Source of the DNA: a virus | Taxonomy: Duplodnaviria > Caudoviricetes | Virus record (IMG/VR): IMGVR_UViG_3300020414_001395 | Coordinates: 1,145-65,144 of that record | Reading direction: 5' to 3' (one strand) | DNA: 64,000 nt | Part shown: one piece after another, positions 28,242-38,559 of the stretch | Position numbering within the stretch: the first letter of the stretch is position 1 | Layout of the letters: each line of letters begins with the position of its first letter | The notes under the pieces: model-generated | What the model saw: only the letters and a program-made list of their open reading frames with translations | Database searches by the model: none | Told to the model about the DNA's origin: nothing | Position numbers and translations under genes: made by a program

Positions 28242-29033
28242 TTATCTATCGTGGTCAAGGTCTGTAGGCTCGTAGTCAACGCTTACTGCGAAAACCTCAA
28301 AGTCGCCAGACCCAAGTGTAATAAGGGAGTCTGCAAACTGACCACGAGCTTGATCTCCATTAGAGTTAAGATAAACAAGAAACAGTGGTGTGCCAGCTGC
28401 AAAGTCAGGTGAGCCCTCAGCAAAGAACCCGTTCGCAAACACTCTAAGCATATCTGGTGAGGTCTCCTCGTCAAAGTTGGCTGGGTCGTTTACGACCACG
28501 GCCTCCTGACCAGTCCAAGAGTTGTCACCACCACCGTCAAGTGTGGTGAGCACTCCGAGCTCCTCAAACCCCTCTATGAGTTCTTCTGAGCCCGTTACGG
28601 TGCCCAAGTACTGGATGTTAGCTACAGTTCTTCTTTGCTCCCCAGGAACGCCTCCGTAAAGGATTCCGCCCTTGGCCTTCAGCGTTGTTAAAACAACAGT
28701 CTTGACTGTTGCATTGCCTGTGCCTGAGTTTGGCACAAATGTGTTTACACCTCCAATCTCGTTGATGTCTGGCGTCTCAATAGACAAGGCCTTGTATATC
28801 TTATTTGTAGATGGGTTATCATTAAACGTAATCCCAATTACACTAGGCACAGCCTCCTCACCATAAAACTCATTGTTAGTAGATGCAGACTCATCGTGCT
28901 TCCAAAACGGAGTAATGCCCGCCTGTGGGCACGACACATGGTGCTGCTGAATCCAAGCCATCATGGACGGAACGTAGCTTAGTCTTGTTGACCAAAAATT
29001 TTCGCTGTTGTTTAGGGCTACTGTCTGTCTCAT
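28242..29033 (-). CDS. tail protein (appears to be the detached C-terminal part of the stabilisation protein)
   Basis: Begins VALNNSENFWSTRLSYVP; FNDNPSTNKIYKALSIE; ATGA overlap. Confidence 0.6.
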   Translation of the reverse strand: MRQTVALNNSENFWSTRLSYVPSMMAWIQQHHVSCPQAGITPFWKHDESASTNNEFYGEEAVPSVIGITFNDNPSTNKIYKALSIETPDINEIGGVNTFVPNSGTGNATVKTVVLTTLKAKGGILYGGVPGEQRRTVANIQYLGTVTGSEELIEGFEELGVLTTLDGGGDNSWTGQEAVVVNDPANFDEETSPDMLRVFANGFFAEGSPDFAAGTPLFLVYLNSNGDQARGQFADSLITLGSGDFEVFAVSVDYEPTDLDHDR

Positions 29034-32000
29034 TCTAAATCTTCTGAGTTTAAGAATATGGCCTGAGTACCATCAAATGTAATCTCGTTGTCAAATTCAA
29101 TGCCGTCAACCTGAAAAACAGCAAGCATTGCGAGCAGGTCCTCGACACCTATTCCGCCGCTCTGGTTTACATCCAATCTTTGTCTCGTAGTCAAGGCATC
29201 TGCTATCTCTCCAGCAGAAAGCTGGACGGCAACCGTTTCCGTCACAACAGGAGCGTCGCCTCCTTCAGTGCCTGAGTCTGGATCAGCTACTGGGTTTGAC
29301 ACCGTGTCGTCCAAGTTATAGACGCTGAGGATAAAGGAGTCCTTTTCTGGGTCATAACCACCAACAACCTTGACTGGTCCAAGACCGTCGATCTCATCCT
29401 GTTCTGCAAGCTTAAACAAGCGTCTGAAGTAAGACTTCATGCCGAGATCAGAAACAACCTGTATGCCTGAGCCCCTGTTGAACCTGTAGACTTGCCTTTT
29501 AGACTTGCTAGCAAAGTATATCGTGTTGTCAACCTCACAAACCGACTCTGGGTTATTGTCACAGCCAAAATCGCCAGCATAGTACCCCTCAGTTCCAAGA
29601 ACGGCTTTGGCAGCCACAAGAGACTGAGCGTCTCCGAGGTCCGTAATGATGTTCCTGTTTACGGGAATAGAGCTGCACCTATTTGACTGTATGACAAAGA
29701 TTGAGTCATCAGTGTGAGCGATGTAGTTGATGTCCCCGTGCTCGATCGGCAAATCCTTAAACTGCCCCTTCGTTGGGTTAAAGGAGGTCAGAGTAAATAT
29801 CTTAGAAGCTGGGTTGTTCTTGTCAGAAAAAGTAATAGAAGAGCTTCTCACTGACTTTTGTTGATCAGGAAGAAACACTTTGAACTTGCCCTTTCCGTTT
29901 ACGTCAGAGTTAATGACCTTGTAGCTAAATCTATCAGACTCAGTGTAGTATGGGAACAGGTTTGAACTAGATGTCTGAGACGTGATAAGCGTTTCAAAGA
30001 AGCCAGAATCAATCGTTGAGAAATTCATAGGAACAGACCTCCACCAAGAATCTCCGTTCTTTATGGTTTTTTCCGTCGTAAAATCTCCTATGTCAAATAC
30101 ATTCCCAGTCTCGTAATATACAAGATTTTCTTCGTCAGATCCGAGCTTAGGCGAGTTTATCTCTACGACACATCTCTTGTTCCAGTTATGAGTTTGAGCG
30201 TTTATGTCGTTATCGCCAGCCAGAACATCCTCAAACGTAAACCCATTGGCATTGTAGTTGTTTTCAAGTACCAGGAACGCTCCAGTCTTTGCTGGGTGAG
30301 GCGCTTCGCCATCCTGCTCTACGTCGTACAGAGGATTGTCTGTTCCTTCGGACAGCGTGACCTGATCCACGATATTGAACTCGTAGTCTTGAGGGGCAAA
30401 AATTCTTGCTGTTGGCGTTTCGTAGTGAGAGACAATTCTTAACTTATCTCCTTGCCTGTACGTATATATGTCCTGAGACCCATCAACACTTCTGCCACCA
30501 TAAGACTTAGATAGAGATGCAGGGTGATCCTGAAGGTAATTTAGAGAAACATATATGTTTCCGCTTGCAGAATCTCCTTTTGACACGAACGCACCTGCGG
30601 TAGCGTACTGCAAGTACCTTGAGTAAGATGTTTGTCCAGAGTAAACGATCTGAAACTTCTTGGCCTCAGTCGGCACAGTTCCAGACAGAGTGATGGACAT
30701 ATATACAGCACCCTCACTCCCAGGAGCCCTTTCGCTGTACCAAGGCGCATTAACAGAACCTATTGGATGAACATTTGAAGGCCTTCCTCTGTCGTCGTAA
30801 AAGATCACACCAAAAGAGTGGTTTGCACCAGCCTTAAATGTTCTTCCAAGACCAACAGCTGGAGGCAAGATGTACATTTGAATGTTTCTTGCGTCAGCGT
30901 TAGGCAGCCCTAACTCGTAAGCCTGATCGTCATTCTCTCCGTCGTGGTGAGTTCCGCCATGACCATTGTCGTCGCTTCCTTCGATAGAGTCTACTGGCAA
31001 AAAAGCTCCAACATTTCCGTTTGAAGGCGGGAATGGTTCAGAACCATGAAGCAAGGGAAGACTTGCAGTAAAGCTTACAGGGTCATAATCTCCAGAATCA
31101 CTGCTGGCAATGCCTGAAGGAGAGTACTCACCTGAGTCTTGATCGAGAAACTTAGGGCTCTTAAGATTGTTTTCTGGATCTCCAAAGAACTGAATCCCAT
31201 GAGGAACGTTGTACCCCACAAGAAGATTGTTGCTAAGAGCTGGACCATAGACCCCTGGTGCGCTATCTGAATAGAACTGCTCTTCCCCATTTTGATCCTG
31301 AAATACATCAGCAAGTCCGAAAAGTGGGGCCGATCCAAGGTTTTGAATACCATTGACCCTTCCGTCGGTGCCGTAGCCGTTCTGCATGTAAGCAGTGTAG
31401 TTCCCATAGTGACTATTTGGGTGTGGAGAGAAGCCCCCTGGACCCCCTGCGCCGTCCATTAAGGAGTAAAGTGGTGTACCGTCAGGCTTCTGACCATCAA
31501 AAAATCTAGTAGGTCTATTTTGATTGTTGTAAAGCGAAGGCCACTGAGCTCTAGGCAAGAGGCCGCCAAAAACATCCCTCCATGGGGGCCTGTTGTCACC
31601 TTTTGCATCTCCCCTGTCATGAGGCAGAAAAAGATCTCTCTCCATCATTCCAGAAATCTTATCTCCAAGTCCGTCGGTATAATTCATTGGAACGCTGAAT
31701 CTAAAAAACTGATTCTGATCTTCAGGTGGTATTCCGCTTTCGAAAAGACCCAGGTTATTTCCCATGGCCCCAGCAAATTCACTTTCATTCAGAAGACCTG
31801 GGGTTCCAGTGATGCCAGAGGGAAAAAGACTTTTATTGACAAATCCAGATGGGTTAACAAGTCCGTTTTGAGATAGCCATGGTGAGTAGGCATACCAGTT
31901 GGATCCCTGCCACGGACGCCGCATACATGTCATTACAGAGCGATCGTCATCAGTCAAGTCAATAGACTTGATGTAGATGCCTATCCTATTCTTGGTGGCA

Positions 32001-34294
32001 GATTTTCTTTCTGCAAAGTTGCTTGTGTCTCCAGAAAAATTTTCGGTATCAGTGAGCTGTATACTGTAGTCGTCAGGCTCAGAGTATCCTTCATCCAGGT
32101 ACGTTCCAAACGTAACCTCAGCCTTATTTAGCACAAAGAAGCCTTTTATGACTTCCTGAGCGTCGTCACTGCTTTCGTTTAGAGGAATCCTTCCGCCTGT
32201 GAAGTCTCCCTCACCTCCCTGGTCGCCTACACCACCACCGCCTCCGCCTGAAGGATCAGAAACGCCTCCTCCTCCAGATCTATAGTCATTCTCAACGTCA
32301 GAGGCCGTAAAGCTTCTGACCACAGTAGTGACAAGCTTGCCTGTAGCTCCAGCATCTGAGAAGGTAGAGTTATCTACAAGACCAACATCAATGTTGTAAG
32401 AAAGGCTTTCTTGACTTGGAGGCGTTATGCTAGAAACATAATTATCAAGCTCGTTTGGGGAGGCTGGATCTCTGGAAGGTGTTTCTCCACTAATTATCAA
32501 AGCCAGAGCCCTACTTATGTTTTCCTTGCTCAGAGTGCCTTTCGATACGAAGGAACAGTTAATGGTAAAGGATTTACCTTGAACTATCAATGGGTTTCCA
32601 GCGCAAGTTCCAAAGTCCACTTTCGCATTTCCGCTGCCACTTGAAGTGTTTGTTGCAGGATCGGTAGCCCTCCAAGACCATCTTGTTTCTAGTTGCTCAC
32701 TGTTGTCATCCCTAAACGTTTTATTCACACCATCAGAACATGCAATAGGGATTCTCTTGAAGCTTTCCATCAAGCGCTTGATGAACTTTGCTCCGCTGTG
32801 TTCTGTGTTCTGCCACCAAAAGCCTTTTGGACCATTTGACACGTCGCTCTCTCCTACCGAGTTGTCTATATTTCCTGGCCCCCCCTCGTTAGTTCCATCA
32901 GAAAAGTTAAGGGCCCTAGAATTTCTTAGATATCCCTCGTTGCTAAAGTCATCACCCATTTGAGGGCTTTGATGATAAGAGTTTTCAGCGTTATATACGT
33001 GAAAGTTTTGCTTAGGGCTCACGGTGAATGAAAAGTTCACCAAAGATCCTTCTGGTATTGTTGGCTCCGTTATAGCGTCCGTATCAATAACAAAACCCAT
33101 ATTCTTGTTCTGAGCCCCTGACGAAGAGGTGTGAGGAGATGGAACGGTGGCAGGGGTAGCTGTTACTTCGTAAGTAGCAAAGTCTATTGGCCTGTCCTGT
33201 GGCTGCGGTGTAATTGTTGCAGAAATAGATGCCTGATCTCTGTTCTCCACGTAGTTACCGTACATCAACCTGTTGTCGATGATGGTTTGAGCCTGAGCCC
33301 TGTACGGAAGTGCATCAAAGTCCTTTGTCTGCACGTCCCTAGGAATGGCAGAGTTTACTTCGGTATTGTTAAACAGGTAATTAACTCCTGGAGCAACCTC
33401 AGACAGAAGGAACCAAGAGCCCGACTCGCCCCTCCTTCCAAGTATCTTAATACTTTCTACCTCGGAAGATATATCATCCTGAGGCACAGTAATGCGAAGA
33501 GCGTTGTTGGAGTTGAACAGAGACGAAGACCCGTTTGGGGTGTAGTTGAGATACCCAGGAGGCACAAAAACATCTGAGTAAGTAGATATAGCAGACTCGT
33601 TTGCGTCCTTGTAAACGCACTGGTAGGCAAACTGAAATCCTTCTATATTCAGGAACTCATTGCCAGTTACACTAGTGTCGTTCTCCCACTCAGCCGTTGG
33701 GGGGTCAATAGGAGTCTTTGTGCAAGCCAAAATGAAGTCAGCCTCGGTAGCCTCGTCAGCTGCCGATGGACCCTCATTGGTTATAGCCCTAAGGATGTTT
33801 AGCTTCTTGGGTTCATTCTTGTTGTCTGTAAAGAACAACATGGGAGTGTCCTCGTAGTCGCCATCTACGTCAACAAATCTTTGTTGCGTATAAGTGATGT
33901 CCGCCTTGACAAAGAGCGTGGGATCAAAATTAAAAGACGCAGAATTATATATGGTCACTACATCGTTGACGTCGTGATCGACAGGAAGGTATCCGTTCGG
34001 GTCGTAAGCATACACTCCATCCAGGGTCGTATTGTCAGGAACGTGGACAAAGAAGTATATAACATCGTACTTACTGTCTATGCACTTGCCGAGAACGTAC
34101 TTCACGCTCCCGTCCTCATCGAGCATATTCATAGCGAAGTTTGACTTGATGGGTTTGATAACCCCTCCGTTGCCTTCGCCCTGCCTACCATCCTCAGAGA
34201 TAGAGACATTCAGGGCTTCGAACATGTCCGCCTTGTCTCTAATCTTTGAGTCTGAAGACTTATTTAGCTTTCTAGGTAATCTCTTATCAATCAT
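29030..34294 (-). CDS. tail tubular / stabilisation (muzzle-like) protein, 1754 aa
   Basis: MLFFTDNKNEPKKLNI, FQFAYQCVYKD, NRLMYGNY, FKAGANHSFGVIFYDDRGR, YFASKSKRQVYRF. Confidence 0.75.
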   Translation of the reverse strand: MIDKRLPRKLNKSSDSKIRDKADMFEALNVSISEDGRQGEGNGGVIKPIKSNFAMNMLDEDGSVKYVLGKCIDSKYDVIYFFVHVPDNTTLDGVYAYDPNGYLPVDHDVNDVVTIYNSASFNFDPTLFVKADITYTQQRFVDVDGDYEDTPMLFFTDNKNEPKKLNILRAITNEGPSAADEATEADFILACTKTPIDPPTAEWENDTSVTGNEFLNIEGFQFAYQCVYKDANESAISTYSDVFVPPGYLNYTPNGSSSLFNSNNALRITVPQDDISSEVESIKILGRRGESGSWFLLSEVAPGVNYLFNNTEVNSAIPRDVQTKDFDALPYRAQAQTIIDNRLMYGNYVENRDQASISATITPQPQDRPIDFATYEVTATPATVPSPHTSSSGAQNKNMGFVIDTDAITEPTIPEGSLVNFSFTVSPKQNFHVYNAENSYHQSPQMGDDFSNEGYLRNSRALNFSDGTNEGGPGNIDNSVGESDVSNGPKGFWWQNTEHSGAKFIKRLMESFKRIPIACSDGVNKTFRDDNSEQLETRWSWRATDPATNTSSGSGNAKVDFGTCAGNPLIVQGKSFTINCSFVSKGTLSKENISRALALIISGETPSRDPASPNELDNYVSSITPPSQESLSYNIDVGLVDNSTFSDAGATGKLVTTVVRSFTASDVENDYRSGGGGVSDPSGGGGGGVGDQGGEGDFTGGRIPLNESSDDAQEVIKGFFVLNKAEVTFGTYLDEGYSEPDDYSIQLTDTENFSGDTSNFAERKSATKNRIGIYIKSIDLTDDDRSVMTCMRRPWQGSNWYAYSPWLSQNGLVNPSGFVNKSLFPSGITGTPGLLNESEFAGAMGNNLGLFESGIPPEDQNQFFRFSVPMNYTDGLGDKISGMMERDLFLPHDRGDAKGDNRPPWRDVFGGLLPRAQWPSLYNNQNRPTRFFDGQKPDGTPLYSLMDGAGGPGGFSPHPNSHYGNYTAYMQNGYGTDGRVNGIQNLGSAPLFGLADVFQDQNGEEQFYSDSAPGVYGPALSNNLLVGYNVPHGIQFFGDPENNLKSPKFLDQDSGEYSPSGIASSDSGDYDPVSFTASLPLLHGSEPFPPSNGNVGAFLPVDSIEGSDDNGHGGTHHDGENDDQAYELGLPNADARNIQMYILPPAVGLGRTFKAGANHSFGVIFYDDRGRPSNVHPIGSVNAPWYSERAPGSEGAVYMSITLSGTVPTEAKKFQIVYSGQTSYSRYLQYATAGAFVSKGDSASGNIYVSLNYLQDHPASLSKSYGGRSVDGSQDIYTYRQGDKLRIVSHYETPTARIFAPQDYEFNIVDQVTLSEGTDNPLYDVEQDGEAPHPAKTGAFLVLENNYNANGFTFEDVLAGDNDINAQTHNWNKRCVVEINSPKLGSDEENLVYYETGNVFDIGDFTTEKTIKNGDSWWRSVPMNFSTIDSGFFETLITSQTSSSNLFPYYTESDRFSYKVINSDVNGKGKFKVFLPDQQKSVRSSSITFSDKNNPASKIFTLTSFNPTKGQFKDLPIEHGDINYIAHTDDSIFVIQSNRCSSIPVNRNIITDLGDAQSLVAAKAVLGTEGYYAGDFGCDNNPESVCEVDNTIYFASKSKRQVYRFNRGSGIQVVSDLGMKSYFRRLFKLAEQDEIDGLGPVKVVGGYDPEKDSFILSVYNLDDTVSNPVADPDSGTEGGDAPVVTETVAVQLSAGEIADALTTRQRLDVNQSGGIGVEDLLAMLAVFQVDGIEFDNEITFDGTQAIFLNSEDLE

Positions 34295-35148
34295 CAGTAC
34301 TTAGGAGCTAGTTTGAAATTCTTACGAGTTATTCTCATTGCTTCATCCTTGGAGAAGTTGGAGAGCCTTCTGTTAGCCTTTCGTCGCTCGTTGTAGTACT
34401 CTGATCTAGCCCGAGCCTTCTCGTTGGCAGGGACAGTTGATTTTCTCTCACACAGCTTGTAGTGAATGTACGCTCTCAGGGCCTCCTCCGCATATACGTG
34501 GATCACAGGGTTAGTGGAGCGAGCTTCGTCAGCAATGTACTCCATGACAACCTCGCTGTAAGATCCATCCGTGTCGATTTCTATTCTGTTTTGATCAAGG
34601 TTGATTCTGTACTGACCATGCTTGTGTCCACCCCCAATGCCGTATAGACGACCAAGGGTTCCGTTGTACATGTAGTTTTCAAACACATAGTAGTCGTAAT
34701 CTTCAGATGAGTTTATATCTTCAGTCGTTGAGGACTTTGAGTCCTCCCTGTTGAGGACAAGGTTGCCCTCAATGGGTAAGGGCCCCTCTTCGCTATCCGA
34801 AGTAGACGTGCCTGCAGAAATCTTTCTAGAGTAATTAATGTGCTTATTTTCTCCAAAAATTTTGAGTATACCATCTGAGTCTACGACTCCAAGCTTAATC
34901 ATGTCAACGTAGTCGTCAGGAATAGCCACAGTGTTATTGGTCTTATCACATGTAAGCTTAAGACTTTTGACTCTACTAACTACATCAAAGCCAAGCTCTC
35001 TAATGCCCCTGAGCGCAAAGTTTCTAAGTGCGGCATCCGAGGCATTGGCAGCAAAGTCGTCAACATCTCTAGTTATCTTAAAGTCACTGATAATCTGGCT
35101 CAGTGGAACGTAATTCATTCCAGAGGCCGAAACGTCTTGATAAGCCAT
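34294..35148 (-). CDS. tail ring / adaptor protein
   Basis: 284 aa; position between head and tail genes; IPDDYVDMIKLG. Confidence 0.6.
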   Translation of the reverse strand: MAYQDVSASGMNYVPLSQIISDFKITRDVDDFAANASDAALRNFALRGIRELGFDVVSRVKSLKLTCDKTNNTVAIPDDYVDMIKLGVVDSDGILKIFGENKHINYSRKISAGTSTSDSEEGPLPIEGNLVLNREDSKSSTTEDINSSEDYDYYVFENYMYNGTLGRLYGIGGGHKHGQYRINLDQNRIEIDTDGSYSEVVMEYIADEARSTNPVIHVYAEEALRAYIHYKLCERKSTVPANEKARARSEYYNERRKANRRLSNFSKDEAMRITRKNFKLAPKY

Positions 35149-35918
35149 TATTTAACCTGTGTTTCTTGCGCAGAGTACTGAGCGATTACAGTATCCCTCA
35201 GTCTGACGCCAATCATTTTACAAATCTCAGCGATCACCTCTCCTATGTATCTAGTTGGAAGGTCAAAGTTCCTTGAGTTAGAAACGTCTGGAACAAAGAA
35301 TCCTTCCGTGTCGATCAAGTCTCCATTGATAGCCAGTCTAGGCTTAGAGTCGTAATCTACTTCCCCAAGGCTAAATCCGCCCAACGACGAAGCGTACACT
35401 GAAGCTGGCTGCCTATAGTAGGTCATGATAACGCTTCCGACTGATGTCGGGAACATTTCTATGTTTTTAGCCACCAGAGCCACTGGAAACAAGTCCGTTG
35501 GGGCTGAGAGCTTGCTGTTAAGTATGTGAGATATCTTAGATGAGTTGTAAACCAACTCTGCCTGTGTTCTCTCGTCATCATTAACTCTAATAGATATTAG
35601 CTTACAGAAATCCCCTGGCTTTCTAAAAACATTAGAATCACCTGTTATGGATGAATCTGAAGAAGTAGCTAGTACTTCCTCCACAATATATCTTGAGAGG
35701 TCGTCTTCAACGCCCCTGTAGGCAGACTCACCCTGAGATGCGTCTGCTCCTCTTGCCCTGAGGGAATAAGCCGCTGTAAGCTCCGAGTACATCTCCATAT
35801 AGACGTTCTCCTGCGCGATGGCAGCGAAAGAGTTAAAGACCTTTGGAGAAATGAATCCTTTCTGGTCTTTGTTGGCTAAATCCCTAACGGCGTTGTATAC
35901 TTCGACTACGCTGATCAT
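35148..35918 (-). CDS. head-tail connector / ring protein (start MISVVEVY)
   Basis: ANKDQKGFISPKVFNSFA...AQ; ATG 35918 lies 4 nt after TATATTTG. Confidence 0.6.
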   Translation of the reverse strand: MISVVEVYNAVRDLANKDQKGFISPKVFNSFAAIAQENVYMEMYSELTAAYSLRARGADASQGESAYRGVEDDLSRYIVEEVLATSSDSSITGDSNVFRKPGDFCKLISIRVNDDERTQAELVYNSSKISHILNSKLSAPTDLFPVALVAKNIEMFPTSVGSVIMTYYRQPASVYASSLGGFSLGEVDYDSKPRLAINGDLIDTEGFFVPDVSNSRNFDLPTRYIGEVIAEICKMIGVRLRDTVIAQYSAQETQVK

Positions 35919-35922
35919 ATCG

Positions 35923-35930
35923 CAAATATA
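35923..35930 (-). promoter_or_regulatory. late-type promoter -7 element TATATTTG
   Basis: Exact motif directly after the terminator T-tract. Confidence 0.6.
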
Positions 35931-35960
35931 CAAAAACAAAAAGGCCCCTTTCGGGGCCTT
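35931..35960 (-). terminator. intrinsic terminator
   Basis: AAGGCCCC-GAAA-GGGGCCTT-TTTGTTTTTG on minus strand. Confidence 0.8.
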
Positions 35961-35963
35961 CCT

Positions 35964-36794
35964 TTATGCTAGACGCTCTAGCCGATCTTCAATGTCGGCT
36001 AGTACGGTGGATCCTTTCTCCGTGAGGCAGAACCTCGTCAAAACGTCGGTGGGGTCTTGTCCCACTGGAACTGAAACAATCTGCGTGTTGGAATCAAACC
36101 ACTTGCAGGCGCTACGGTCCATTTTAATTATCTGATAATCAGCTGCTTGCTTGAGTATAGCGCGAGTTCTGACTGTCGGAGAATCAAAGGATTCGATAAA
36201 TTCTTTTGGCTTGCTCTTGGCGATACGCAACAGGTTGTGGCGAATCTCTGATGTAGGAGCGTTGATGTTCACTTTGAAGTACAGGGCAACTGCAAACAAG
36301 TCCGTGATATCTGTGTCACGAACCATGGCAACTGCATCTGTAACAAGAAACTCCTTTTCGAGCTCCTTCTCAGCGTCCACCTTCTTGTTAACCTCCTTGA
36401 ACTTGTTTCCACCGTTAGCGGCATTGCCTGGGTGAAGCTCCAAGAAACGTCGGAGGTTGGGTTGGTTCTTGTCCACAAAGATGCGACCGTTGCGGAAGAT
36501 CACAGACTTCTTCACGGCCTTGTCTCCCTGCTCGTCACTCCAAATAGAGTTCTCGTTAGGGCAGTAGCGAATCTCGCGAACACTGTCGGTCTCCTTGTCG
36601 TACACCGTCTCCCCCTGCTGAGGGAGCATGTATACGATTCCACCCCCACCCATGACTTCGAACTCCTTTCTTTCGTTAGGGTTCTCGTTGCGTACAATAG
36701 GTGGTCTCTTAGCCACCTTCTTCTCTGCGACTGGTGCAGCCGCAGCTTCGGTCTTTTTAGGGCGACCTGGGGCCCTTCTGGTTTGTTGTGCCAT
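35964..36794 (-). CDS. conserved structural-region protein
   Basis: 276 aa; AT-hook-like APGRPKK N-terminus; lies after the capsid operon. Confidence 0.7.
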   Translation of the reverse strand: MAQQTRRAPGRPKKTEAAAAPVAEKKVAKRPPIVRNENPNERKEFEVMGGGGIVYMLPQQGETVYDKETDSVREIRYCPNENSIWSDEQGDKAVKKSVIFRNGRIFVDKNQPNLRRFLELHPGNAANGGNKFKEVNKKVDAEKELEKEFLVTDAVAMVRDTDITDLFAVALYFKVNINAPTSEIRHNLLRIAKSKPKEFIESFDSPTVRTRAILKQAADYQIIKMDRSACKWFDSNTQIVSVPVGQDPTDVLTRFCLTEKGSTVLADIEDRLERLA

Positions 36795-36798
36795 TTAA

Positions 36799-38106
36799 TT
36801 AAGGTTTATAAAATTTAAATAAGTCAGTTGCTAATTTACTGCAAGATGCCGAACCGATGTCTTTTTCAATGACTCCGAATCTTGCAACACCACCCTTAAA
36901 GGCGAATGCTGTGTGATCTTTTACGGTTCCAAGCCTCTGGATCTTTAGTGGTCCATCAGTTCTGCCAGGAGTTGCGGCGGTTGCCTTTGCCCCAACCTCA
37001 GATAAAAATGAATCTGTCTTAGCCTCTATGAACGACACTATGTCCCCATTCCTGTTGTACATGTACAGGTTGTTGTTCTCATCTCTTCTGATTACAAAAA
37101 CCAATACGTGTTGGTAGTTTTCAGAGTCAGCGTCTGGGTAAATGTAGTTTACTGTACCATTTTCTGTGCCTGAAACACGAGCTGTTGCTGGCTCGCCAGT
37201 CATCGTATCGTGTCTTAAGGTGAAGTTACCGATTGACGTTGGCTTGTGCTTGTCGATATTGCCGCTTGAGTCCTGAGTTGTTTGGCCAATGGTGAATCCA
37301 AAAGACTGACCATCTGCATCAGAATACAGCGGGTGTGCTTCGTTTTGGTTCTGTGTGTAAACAACGTAAAGAGTGTAGTCGTTTGATGTGCTAAACTCAG
37401 GGACAATAAAGTGATCGGCGGCGTCAATAAAAGCAGACTTTTGAGAAAAAGCAAGCGGCTTTGCAATGGCGCAATGAGGGTCCCCAACATTAGACGCTAT
37501 GTTGTAGGCGCTTCCGCCTGTACCAGCATTGGCCCAAGCTGTAATCTCGTCGTCTGCAGCAAAAGAACTAAGGCCTTCGTGGTTGTAGTCTATCGTCGGT
37601 TGGTTATCTGCTATCCCATAATCTATACCCGCAATAGAGGTAGATGTAACGGTTATCCCTAAGTCTCCACTGGACCCAAGGAAGGTTTGAGTGCTTGACT
37701 CCCCAGTAAGTCTCTTGGTGGGGTTGATGTGAACCTTAGATTCAATCTTGCTGTCGTAAGACACAGGAGAGAACGTAGAGCTCTCATCAACTGCATCAAA
37801 CTTCATCACAGACTTACCTCCCTCACGAGAGATGAATGCGAGGATAGATTCTATGAGGTCTACCTCTTTGCCAATCTCACAAGGAATCTTTACTGAAGTC
37901 TTCTCAAGAGACTCACCGTCTGTGAGGTTGCTCTCTTCGTACTTAGTTGCCCCATTAAAGGAGAGTACGATATGGCCCTTACCCGCGCTTGCAAACGCTA
38001 GGCTATCGGCAGGAAGAGCGAGAACACTAAGGCCTTGTCCACTGTCCGACGCAGTGACACTAGAGGCGCTGATCTCTTCCTTTCTAAATAAGAAAAACTT
38101 TTTCAT
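36799..38106 (-). CDS. virion protein with LamG/concanavalin-like C-terminal region
   Basis: 435 aa; YTLYVVY, FVIRRD...LYMY, KIQRLG...FKGGVARFG. Confidence 0.55.
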   Translation of the reverse strand: MKKFFLFRKEEISASSVTASDSGQGLSVLALPADSLAFASAGKGHIVLSFNGATKYEESNLTDGESLEKTSVKIPCEIGKEVDLIESILAFISREGGKSVMKFDAVDESSTFSPVSYDSKIESKVHINPTKRLTGESSTQTFLGSSGDLGITVTSTSIAGIDYGIADNQPTIDYNHEGLSSFAADDEITAWANAGTGGSAYNIASNVGDPHCAIAKPLAFSQKSAFIDAADHFIVPEFSTSNDYTLYVVYTQNQNEAHPLYSDADGQSFGFTIGQTTQDSSGNIDKHKPTSIGNFTLRHDTMTGEPATARVSGTENGTVNYIYPDADSENYQHVLVFVIRRDENNNLYMYNRNGDIVSFIEAKTDSFLSEVGAKATAATPGRTDGPLKIQRLGTVKDHTAFAFKGGVARFGVIEKDIGSASCSKLATDLFKFYKP

Positions 38107-38111
38107 GCAAT

Positions 38112-38146
38112 TAAAATAAAAGGGGGAAGGACCATTTCCCTCCCCC
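38112..38146 (-). terminator. intrinsic terminator closing the capsid operon
   Basis: GGGGGAGGG-AAATGGT-CCTTCCCCC-TTTTATTTT. Confidence 0.7.
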
Positions 38147-38154
38147 AGTTATTA

Positions 38155-38499
38155 TTACGCCACTCCGTGTCCTGAAACAGAAGAAGCAAGAATCAGCCAT
38201 GATGAGCCGTTCCAAAACAACGTCGCGTGGTCACCCTTGTTAGACAGGGTGATTCCGTTAAAGTTGTTGCTTCCGTAGGGGTCAGGAGAAATGTTGATAA
38301 CTACATCGTCATTAGTGTTGCAAGCAATGTTCAACACCGTGCCAGTGATTGTTGCGCTACCCACTGCAATAGTAGAGGTAGAGTCAACTCTCATCTCGCT
38401 AGATGTACCATTCCAGTCTTCTGTAGTGTCCGTGACAACTTGTCTATCTCCGTCAAGAAAGAGCGGAAATACGTTCTTATCTGAATACTTTCCAGCCAT
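38155..38499 (-). CDS. post-capsid protein (possible head decoration)
   Basis: Directly downstream of MCP; paralogue at 10320. Confidence 0.65.
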   Translation of the reverse strand: MAGKYSDKNVFPLFLDGDRQVVTDTTEDWNGTSSEMRVDSTSTIAVGSATITGTVLNIACNTNDDVVINISPDPYGSNNFNGITLSNKGDHATLFWNGSSWLILASSVSGHGVA

Positions 38500-38522
38500 G
38501 ATTAAAGGTATTGTGAAGATCT

Positions 38523-38544
38523 GGGAAGGGCCGAAGCCCCTCCC
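38523..38544 (-). other. C(UUCG)G hairpin right after the MCP stop, no U-tract
   Basis: GGGAGGGGC-TTCG-GCCCTTCCC; possible mRNA stabiliser or leaky terminator. Confidence 0.6.
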
Positions 38545-38559
38545 GTCACCTCAGGTTTA

